64,000 nt of DNA from positions 1 through 64,000 of the forward strand of contig JAHQWK010000023.1 in NCBI GenBank assembly GCA_029856145.1, written 5' to 3'. Position 1 is the first letter of the stretch. Every line of letters begins with the position of its first letter. Under the pieces are notes generated by a model. That model did not search any database. It saw only the letters and a program-made list of their open reading frames with translations, and had not been told where the DNA came from. A program made the position numbers and the translations under genes. The stretch is from Promethearchaeia archaeon (GTDB lineage Archaea; Asgardarchaeota; Lokiarchaeia; Sigyniarchaeales; SOKP01). This document shows positions 50,501 to 58,747 of this stretch, piece after piece.

Positions 50501-50906
50501 TTGCTTTTACAAAAAGATCTCTATCTTCAGTAACTTCAATAGCTTCGATTGGTGTTCCAAGTACTCTTACATTATATTTCTCTAAAACTCCTGCTTCATT
50601 TAATTCAACACCTACATTTAAAGCAGTTTGACCTCCAAATGCTAATAAAACACCATCTGGCTTTTCTTTTTTTATTACTTCCTCTACGTATTTAACATTT
50701 ATTGGCAATAGGTAAACTTTATCAGATAATTCTGGATCTGTTTGGATTGTAGCAATATTTGGGTTAATTAGAATAGTCTCAATTCCTTCTTCTTTAAGTG
50801 CTTTTAATACTTGACTTCCAGAATAATCAAATTCCCCGGCTTGACCGATACGGATTCCTCCAGATCCTAAGACCAATGCCTTTTTTATTGTTTTATCTAA
50901 TGGCAT
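47595..50906 (-). CDS. carB: Carbamoyl-phosphate synthase large subunit
   Basis: [48 protein letters not shown]; start MPLDK at 50906. Confidence 0.97.
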   Translation of the reverse strand: [1103 protein letters not shown]

Positions 50907-50910
50907 CAAT

Positions 50911-52044
50911 CTATAACTCCATAAATTCAACAAATTTATCAAATAGATATAAAGAATCTAAAGGTCCAGGGCAAGCCTCAGGATGGAATTGAACCGCAAA
51001 AATGGGTTTGGTTTTATGAATTAATCCTTCATTAGAATTATCATCAATATTTTTAAGGAATTCCTTAAAACCCCCCTTTTCAAAATCCTTAACACAGAAT
51101 CCATGATTCTGAGATGTGATATAACACTGATGAGTTTCTGGGTTTATAACTGTTTTATTTCCTCCCCTATGACCATATTTTAATTTATATGAAGAGCCAC
51201 CTGCTCCTAACCCAATGATTTGATTGCCTAAACAAATTCCCATAGTTGGAATATTATTTTTAATCAAATTTCTAGCAACTTCTATCGCACCTTTATACAT
51301 TGCAGGATCTCCTGGTCCGTTAGAAATGAACACACCATCTGGATTATATTTCATGATTTGATTATAATCATAGTTAAAGGGTACAAGAATGACTTCAATC
51401 CCTCTACCCACAAAATTTCTGAGAATATTGTTTTTAACTCCCAAATCTAACACAACAACTTTCCCTTTTGACTTTGGAGGTATAAATCTCTTAATATTAT
51501 TAGTTGACACCTCGCTTGCTAAATGTCTAAGATTTGGATCTTGAACTTTTTTGACTTCTTCTCTCAATTTATTTATATCAGGCTTTTCCCCTGGATTATA
51601 AACAGCAAGTAACCCTACTTGAACACCCTCTTCCCTTAAAATTTTGGTTAATGCTCTAGTGTCAATCCATTCAATTCCAGGAACATCTTCTTCAAGAAGA
51701 AATTCATTCAGAGTTTTTACACTTTCATAATGGCTTGGATTTTTACAACATTCATTAACTATATACCCACTTATTTTAATTGAATCTGATTCAAAATTTT
51801 TGTGAATTCCAAATTCATCTTTTTCCCAAGCGGGAACTCCATAATTCCCAACAAGAGGGTGAGTCATAACAACAATTTGGCCATGATATGAGGGATCTGT
51901 TAAAGTTTCATTATATCCAGCACCGGTAATTGTGGTGAAAACAATTTCTCCCCCTGCTTTTTTCGTCGCTCCAAAGCCGACGCCTTCAAAATACCTTCCG
52001 TCTTGAAGCATCAAAATAGCTGGTCTTTCTTTCTTATAAAGCAT
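50911..52044 (-). CDS. carA: Carbamoyl-phosphate synthase small subunit
   Basis: LTDPSY, SNGPGDP, GICLG, SQNHG, QFHPEACPGP. Confidence 0.97.
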   Translation of the reverse strand: MLYKKERPAILMLQDGRYFEGVGFGATKKAGGEIVFTTITGAGYNETLTDPSYHGQIVVMTHPLVGNYGVPAWEKDEFGIHKNFESDSIKISGYIVNECCKNPSHYESVKTLNEFLLEEDVPGIEWIDTRALTKILREEGVQVGLLAVYNPGEKPDINKLREEVKKVQDPNLRHLASEVSTNNIKRFIPPKSKGKVVVLDLGVKNNILRNFVGRGIEVILVPFNYDYNQIMKYNPDGVFISNGPGDPAMYKGAIEVARNLIKNNIPTMGICLGNQIIGLGAGGSSYKLKYGHRGGNKTVINPETHQCYITSQNHGFCVKDFEKGGFKEFLKNIDDNSNEGLIHKTKPIFAVQFHPEACPGPLDSLYLFDKFVEFMEL

Positions 52045-52141
52045 TGACTCTTTTGTAATGTTCTTCTTTTAAATCCTTAAAATAAAGATAGCTAATCCTT
52101 TTTTTTAAGATTATTTATTAACTAGTTAAATAAAGTATAGT

Positions 52142-53233
52142 TTAAATAGAGCTACTTGGTGGTGGTGAGTAAGAAGAATATAATTCTTTTTTAATACTCT
52201 CCCCCTTTGCTTTAAGAAATTCTTGTATAGTGGTTTTTATTGATTGAATTATTGATTCCAGATTAATTTCCTCATAAGTATTAAACCATGAATAGTTTTG
52301 AGTTTTGAACTTTTCTAAATCTTTGGATTCTTGTAAAATTATTATATTCTGGTCAATTAAAAATGATGGATCTAATATATTCTCCTCTCCATCCTCTAGT
52401 TTTTTCACATTTAGGAGCATACACTCAAGTAAATCATCATAGAAAAGAAGTGGAATGTACTTTAACAATTTTGGTTTTATATTATCTAAAGATGAGTCTA
52501 GTTTTTCTAAGTTATCTGGTAAGCCAATTTCAGAAAGATCAAACACATCAAGATTTATGAGTTCTGGATGAAATTGTACCTGTTCTATTTTTTTCATTTT
52601 TTTACGGTATGTTGCTATTTTTTTAGTATACAATTTAACATGGATCTGCAAATGTGTTGTTTCAATTAATATTGAGTTTTCTTCTATTCTCTTTTCGCAA
52701 AGATGTTGAATATTTTTGCAATAGTTTGTTGCCGCAGTTATTAGATCTTCATCATTAAGTTTTGCTTTCAATAAATTATCAACATATGACTTTAAAAATG
52801 CTGAGAAATCATTCTCAAGGTCTAATAATTTAGCATACAGAAATTTTGTAGAATCCCACCATTTTTGTGCTTTTTTGGATGTAAGAGAAAGAGCAAATGT
52901 ATCAAAAGCACGAATTTCTGTGAAATTAATCAACTGTTCCACCCCATATTGAAGAAACATAGTAGGATTGATTATAGCATTGAGATCATCCATAAGTGAA
53001 AAAGAAAGGGGTTCTCTGGGACGAATTAAAAGAGATTGTTCACCATTAAATACACGATCCACTCTCATGGGGAGAGGCATAATTGGATTAGTAATGATCT
53101 TCTTTAATAGTGCCACATCGCGTTCCGATTCAAAACCTGTGAGATCAGGAGGAAAAACTTCTAAATAAAAGAAAAAAGGGGCAGCGTCATATTTGAACGT
53201 TTTAAATTTATTAATTGGTTTAAAAGAGATCAC
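52142..53233 (-). CDS. Hypothetical protein
   Basis: 363-aa ORF 5 nt downstream of the TetR gene; no family recognised. Confidence 0.7.
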   Translation of the reverse strand: MISFKPINKFKTFKYDAAPFFFYLEVFPPDLTGFESERDVALLKKIITNPIMPLPMRVDRVFNGEQSLLIRPREPLSFSLMDDLNAIINPTMFLQYGVEQLINFTEIRAFDTFALSLTSKKAQKWWDSTKFLYAKLLDLENDFSAFLKSYVDNLLKAKLNDEDLITAATNYCKNIQHLCEKRIEENSILIETTHLQIHVKLYTKKIATYRKKMKKIEQVQFHPELINLDVFDLSEIGLPDNLEKLDSSLDNIKPKLLKYIPLLFYDDLLECMLLNVKKLEDGEENILDPSFLIDQNIIILQESKDLEKFKTQNYSWFNTYEEINLESIIQSIKTTIQEFLKAKGESIKKELYSSYSPPPSSSI

Positions 53234-53238
53234 CTACG

Positions 53239-53961
53239 TTATTTGGTGCTTAAATCTTTTTGAGCTAAAGATGAATCTGTTAATGATTTTTCCAATTTAC
53301 TTAAAACAAAATTTTGAAAATCTTTTCTAGAAAAGTCTGCTTGATCAAACTGGATTATTTCACTTGCAAGATTACCATTAAAGTTTTCACTTTGCTCGAT
53401 TATTCTCATATGTCTATCTACAATAGCAGCACCCAAAATTAGACTATAAGTATAGAAAGATAGCATTCCTGCATTAGACTCTTTAATTTCGTTATCATTA
53501 ATTCCATTCTGTATAACTTTTGCTGTACCCTTTAAAAAATTGAATTTTCGATATTCCTTTTCAAAAGGACCCATTTTATCAGAAGAAGGAGCCTCAATAA
53601 AATGCATCATACTAAAAGCTCCAAAATCTTTATCAGCAAACTGTAAAAAGTTTTCAAAAATCTTCATTAAAAGATCGATTGTTGATGTTTTATGATTTTT
53701 AATAATTTCGATATTTTCATCTCTATATTGATTAAAAAATTTATTCCGGATCGCAATCCACAATTCTCTCTTACTTTCTACATAATTATATAAATTATTC
53801 TGGTTCATTCCGAGGTTTTTTGCTAATCCTCGTAGACTGAAGCCATCTCTTCCCTTTTCTAAAAATAAGTCCTTTCCTGCTTTCAAAATCCGTTCAAATT
53901 GAGCTGCTTTTTTCTCAGGTGAACGACTTCGAGATTTTTTTTTTTTAGTCTTTACGCTCAT
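53239..53961 (-). CDS. TetR/AcrR family regulator
   Basis: ILKAGKDLFLEKG...SLRGLAKNLGMNQNNLYNYVESKREL. Confidence 0.92.
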   Translation of the reverse strand: MSVKTKKKKSRSRSPEKKAAQFERILKAGKDLFLEKGRDGFSLRGLAKNLGMNQNNLYNYVESKRELWIAIRNKFFNQYRDENIEIIKNHKTSTIDLLMKIFENFLQFADKDFGAFSMMHFIEAPSSDKMGPFEKEYRKFNFLKGTAKVIQNGINDNEIKESNAGMLSFYTYSLILGAAIVDRHMRIIEQSENFNGNLASEIIQFDQADFSRKDFQNFVLSKLEKSLTDSSLAQKDLSTK

Positions 53962-54328
53962 CTTAAACTTCCATAAATTTCATTTAGAAAGATTCAATTA
54001 ATAAAATAATCGAAAATTAGTTTAAATTACATTTTTAATTAATTCATAACAAATTATTAAGATTAGCACATTGAAAAGAATATTTTCAGTATTAAATCAT
54101 CAGAAAAAAAATATTATTTATCAAGATTAAAAATTGTTATTAAGAGAGAAAAGTGAGAAGGGAATCATGAAACAGATAAAAATTAAAAGGTGATCATCTT
54201 CTCTTTTTTCTCTCTACTGAATAGATAAAATAGTGATCAATAAGAAATTTCATAAAAAATATTTAAACTTCGCAGATTTTTTCTAATTAAAATTTAATTT
54301 AAAAATAAAAAAGAGTAGTGGATTAAAA

Positions 54329-56605
54329 ATAGAAATAAAACAAAATGATGTCAAAATAATTAAAACTGGTTGTTGTCATGATTGCGGTGGGCGATGTGTT
54401 TTAAAAGCACATGTAAAAGATGGAAAAATTTTAAGATTTGAAACAGATAATGAGGAACTACCGCAATTAAGAGCCTGTTTGCGAGGAAGGGCATATAGAC
54501 AACGGGTCTACTCAGACGATAGACTTAGATCTCCGTTACGTCGAGTGGGTAATCGAGGTGAAGGTATATTTGAAAGAATATCTTGGGATGAAGCATTAAA
54601 TGAAGTGGCTAATAAGATTAAAGAGATAAAGCAAAAACATGGTAATTCTGCAATTTTACTTGTCCCTGGTGGAGGTAATCAAGGAATGCTACATGGCATT
54701 ATCCCTCATGCCTTAATGCTTCATCAAATCGGTGGGTATACTCGAATGTGGGGTGCTCCTTCTTACGAAGGGGCTCTTTTTGCTTCTATGGCAACCTATG
54801 GAACAATGATGACAGGGAATGCACGTGAAGATTTACTTAATTCTAAACTAATCATAATGTGGGGTTGGAATCCAGCAAATACTATTTGGGATCCTGGAAC
54901 CAGCTTATGGTTGGCTAAAGCCCGAGAACAAGGAATTAAAATTGTGTCAATTGATCCAATTTTTACAGATTCAGCAGCAGTTTTAGCTGATGAATGGATT
55001 CCTATTCGCCCCGGTACCGATACTGCTGCTCTTATTGCTATATCTTATGTTATAATAAGTGAAAACCTTCATGATATGGATTTTATAAAAAATTATACTA
55101 TTGGTTTTGAAAAATTTAGGGATTATGTACTTGGATTGGAAGATGATCAACCCAAAACACCTGAATGGGCAGAAGAAATAACTATGATTTCTGCAGAAAC
55201 TATTAGAAATTTGGCACGAGAGTATGCCATAAACAAACCAGCAGCGCTTATTGCAGGCTGGGGACCTGCTCGGACTGCTTTTGGAGAACAATATTCTCGA
55301 GCAGCAAATGTGTTATGTACAATAACGGGTAATATTGGAATTAATGGAGGATATGCCGCTGGTTTTATGAGATCGTATTATAGCCGTGAGAGAATTTTAA
55401 CGGGAAGTAAAAAAAAATCTGGCCCTTTCAAGCCTGATGATGAAACTCCTAAAAGACCAAGACTTCAAGATAATCCTGTTGATTTTGGAGCAGCTCCCCG
55501 CGAAGAAAGTTTATATAAATTAAAAGGTGGAACCAATCCCGCAAATACTCGTATTCACTATAATGATTATTATAATGCAATATTAAAAGGTTGTAAAGGG
55601 GGTTATCCTACTGATATTAAAATGGCTTATATTGCAGGAACTAATCGATTAAACCAGTTTCCCAATGTAAATAAAGGAGTCAAAGCGTTAAAATCTCTTG
55701 ATTTTATTGTAATTTATGAACAATTTATGACTCCAACAGCTCAATTAGCAGATATTGTTTTACCTGTAAACACTTTCATGGAACGCAATGATGTAGCAGT
55801 TCCTTGGCTAGGAGCACCCTATTATATCTATTTAAATAAAGCTATTGATTCTTTATATGAATCAAAATCTGATTTGGAAATATGTAAGGAATTATCTAAG
55901 AAATTAGATATTGAACAAAGTCTATTAGATTTACCTGAAGAACAAATCTTAAAGCTTTTTACAGCTCCTCGTAAAGATATAAAAAGTTATAATAAAATGA
56001 AAAGAGACGGATATTTTAAAGTTAAAGTAGATGAGCCTTTTATTGCTTTTAAGGATCAAATTGAAGACTTTGAAAAAAATCCTTTTCCTACTCTATCAGG
56101 TAAGATTGAGATTTATTGTGAACATATAGCTGAGAAAAATAATCCATTAATGCCTCCAATTCCTAAATATTTAACCCATGATGAGCATTATGACTCTCCC
56201 ATAGCAAAGAAGTATTCATTACAATTACTCACACCCCATAATAAAAGGAGAACTCATTCTAGTTTACATAATATCCCTTGGTTAGAAGAAATTGAGCCTC
56301 ATGCTGTTTGGATTAATCCAGTTGATGCATCGAAACGAAATATAAATAATGGGGATTTGGTAGATATTTTCAACGATCGAGGTAGAATGAGAATTCCCGC
56401 TAAGGTTACTGAACGTATAATACCGGGAGCAGTTTGTGTGTATCAAGGAGCATGGTATAATCCTGATAAGGACGGTGTGGATCTCGGAGGATGTGCTAAT
56501 ATCTTAACAAAGGATGTCTATTCTCCGGGAGGAGCCTTTCCTTTGAATAGTTCTTTAGTGGAAATAGAATTGTCTCCGAATAATAAATTGGAGGAGATGC
56601 AATGA
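54329..56605 (+). CDS. dmsA: DmsA-like Mo/W-bisPGD oxidoreductase catalytic subunit (probable ATA start)
   Basis: The in-frame FS0 motif CCHDCGGRC...RACLRG lies upstream of the track's TTG; RISWDEA, PGTDTAAL, ADIVLP; no ATG/GTG/TTG in the extension. Confidence 0.85.
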   Translation: MEIKQNDVKIIKTGCCHDCGGRCVLKAHVKDGKILRFETDNEELPQLRACLRGRAYRQRVYSDDRLRSPLRRVGNRGEGIFERISWDEALNEVANKIKEIKQKHGNSAILLVPGGGNQGMLHGIIPHALMLHQIGGYTRMWGAPSYEGALFASMATYGTMMTGNAREDLLNSKLIIMWGWNPANTIWDPGTSLWLAKAREQGIKIVSIDPIFTDSAAVLADEWIPIRPGTDTAALIAISYVIISENLHDMDFIKNYTIGFEKFRDYVLGLEDDQPKTPEWAEEITMISAETIRNLAREYAINKPAALIAGWGPARTAFGEQYSRAANVLCTITGNIGINGGYAAGFMRSYYSRERILTGSKKKSGPFKPDDETPKRPRLQDNPVDFGAAPREESLYKLKGGTNPANTRIHYNDYYNAILKGCKGGYPTDIKMAYIAGTNRLNQFPNVNKGVKALKSLDFIVIYEQFMTPTAQLADIVLPVNTFMERNDVAVPWLGAPYYIYLNKAIDSLYESKSDLEICKELSKKLDIEQSLLDLPEEQILKLFTAPRKDIKSYNKMKRDGYFKVKVDEPFIAFKDQIEDFEKNPFPTLSGKIEIYCEHIAEKNNPLMPPIPKYLTHDEHYDSPIAKKYSLQLLTPHNKRRTHSSLHNIPWLEEIEPHAVWINPVDASKRNINNGDLVDIFNDRGRMRIPAKVTERIIPGAVCVYQGAWYNPDKDGVDLGGCANILTKDVYSPGGAFPLNSSLVEIELSPNNKLEEMQ

Positions 56606-57168
56606 ATCAGATGGGATTTTATTTCGATCAAACACGTTGTATAGGTTGTTATACATGTTCTGTTGCGTGTAAAGACTGGCACAATATTCCAGAGAAAGTA
56701 AATTGGAGACAAATCAAAGTTTTAGAAGATGGAAAATTTCCTAATTTATATCTAGCTTATCTTTCTTCTTCTTGTTATCATTGTAAAGAACCACCTTGTA
56801 TTAAAGTTTGTCCCGTGGGCGCAATAAAGAAGAGAGAAAAAGATGGTATTGTCATTGTTGAATCTAGTAAATGTTTAGGTAATGAAGAATGTGATTCGAA
56901 ATGTCTAAAGGCTTGTCCTTATGATATTCCGCAGTTTGGTCCTGAAAGAGGAGGAAAAATGCAAAAATGTGATTTTTGTTTAGAACGTTTAGAAAAAGGA
57001 CAACAAACTATTTGTGTTGAGGCTTGTCCCATGTTTGCTCTTGATGCGGGCCCTTTAGATGAGTTAAAGGATAAATATGGAGATGTAGTTGAAGCAGAAG
57101 GTTTTAAGTATTTTGAGAAATTTAAACCATCTATATTACATAAACCTAAATTAAAAAACTTAGATTAA
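56602..57168 (+). CDS. dmsB: DmsB-like 4Fe-4S subunit
   Basis: FDQTRCIGCYTCSVACK, CYHCKEPPCIKVCP, KCDFC, CVEACP; ATGA overlap with dmsA. Confidence 0.9.
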   Translation: MNQMGFYFDQTRCIGCYTCSVACKDWHNIPEKVNWRQIKVLEDGKFPNLYLAYLSSSCYHCKEPPCIKVCPVGAIKKREKDGIVIVESSKCLGNEECDSKCLKACPYDIPQFGPERGGKMQKCDFCLERLEKGQQTICVEACPMFALDAGPLDELKDKYGDVVEAEGFKYFEKFKPSILHKPKLKNLD

Positions 57169-57261
57169 TAAATTATTCAAATTTTTAAATAAAATATCTT
57201 AATTTTTTATTTTATTAGATAATTTCATTATATTATAGAATTTTAAAGAAGTGAAAATGAA

Positions 57262-58557
57262 TTGGAACTAAAGGAAGTATGGTTAATTGATTATGCCCGG
57301 ACCGCATTTTCTCGTTCTAGGCCAAATCAACCTGAAAGAGATGTGTTTGGTGAAATTCGTGGAGACGAATTACTTGCTAGACTCATTATGAAATTTTTTG
57401 ATAGAAAGTTAGCTGATAAAGGAATAACAAAGAAAGATATTGAGGAAGTCTCTGTAGGAGTTGCTTCAGGGGTTCTTGAAAACTGGACTTACGGGGCGAA
57501 AATTCCTCTTTACTTATCGGGATTTCCAAATGAAGTTTCTTCCTTCTTTATAGATAAACAATGTGCTTCAGCAGGTGCCGGAATGCATATGTTAACAATG
57601 GAAATCATGACAGGGAATACTAAGTGTGCATTAGCAACTGGTTTTGAACATATGACCCGTATTAGAAGAATTGGTATAGACCCCGCAATAGAGAGATATG
57701 AAGATGAGAATAGCATCTTTTATCATCCAGAATATGATATGGTTAATTCAACTAACATGCTACAAACAGCACAAAGATTATATGAAGAAGAAGTACCTAA
57801 ATTTACAAAAGAAGATATGGATAAATTTGGAGTGAGATCGCATAATTTAACTATTAAAAGCCAAGAAGAAAAATGGTTCACATCTGGTGTGAATGGTGGG
57901 GAAATTATTCCAATTGAAGCTCACTTAGAAGGGAATGTTGAAGAGTCAATAATGGTAGATAGGGATATGGCAGCTAGAAAATCTACTTTGGAAGGAGTTG
58001 CTGGATTACGTAGAATATCTGTTCCTTTTTATTTGGAGAAAAATGGAGGTAAAAAGGGTTATATTAAAAGAGAAGGCACTGAGGAAGGGGTGATAACAGC
58101 CGGAAATTCTTCTCCCTTGAATGCAGGAGCTACAGCTGCAGTCCTTATGGAAGCAGAAGAAGCGAAAAAGAGAGACCTTGAACCCTTGGCCCGCATAGTT
58201 TCAATTGGTTGGGCAGGAGTGGATCCAAGAGTTATGGGACGGGGTCCTGTTCCTGCTACCCGCAAAGCCTTAGAATATGCTAATTTAAGTGCTGAAGATA
58301 TCGATTATTGGGAAATTAACGAAGCTTTTTGTATCGTTGCCTTAAATTGTATGGAAAAATTCAATATTCCAGAAGAAAAAGTTAATATTATGGGAGGATC
58401 AACTGCAATTGGCCATCCATTAGGAGCTACAATGCTTCGCCTTACAGGAACATTAGCAAGAATTTTAAGAGATAAGAAAGCAAAATACGGAGTGGCTAAC
58501 GCTTGTTGTGGCGGCGGACAGGGAGTTGCGACTATTATAGAGAATTTTAATATATAA
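57262..58557 (+). CDS. Acetyl-CoA C-acyltransferase (thiolase)
   Basis: [32 protein letters not shown]. Confidence 0.95.
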   Translation: MELKEVWLIDYARTAFSRSRPNQPERDVFGEIRGDELLARLIMKFFDRKLADKGITKKDIEEVSVGVASGVLENWTYGAKIPLYLSGFPNEVSSFFIDKQCASAGAGMHMLTMEIMTGNTKCALATGFEHMTRIRRIGIDPAIERYEDENSIFYHPEYDMVNSTNMLQTAQRLYEEEVPKFTKEDMDKFGVRSHNLTIKSQEEKWFTSGVNGGEIIPIEAHLEGNVEESIMVDRDMAARKSTLEGVAGLRRISVPFYLEKNGGKKGYIKREGTEEGVITAGNSSPLNAGATAAVLMEAEEAKKRDLEPLARIVSIGWAGVDPRVMGRGPVPATRKALEYANLSAEDIDYWEINEAFCIVALNCMEKFNIPEEKVNIMGGSTAIGHPLGATMLRLTGTLARILRDKKAKYGVANACCGGGQGVATIIENFNI

Positions 58558-58747
58558 AATTAACTATTATCTTAAGATCTATCATTAAGATAATTTTAAA
58601 TTAATATTAGAGCTAATTTTTCCTTTTTCTTAAACATAAATTTAAATTGATCTTCTAGGTTATTTAATTATCTGACTGAATTAATGAATTAAATTTAACT
58701 AAATATTAAATTTCTAACATTTTATTTAATTTAAATATGATTTAATT

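Noticed and set aside
54143-54215. SECIS reading of the ATGA...TGA hairpin
   Set aside because: The upper stem does not pair, it lies 5' of genes, and dmsA has no in-frame TGA.
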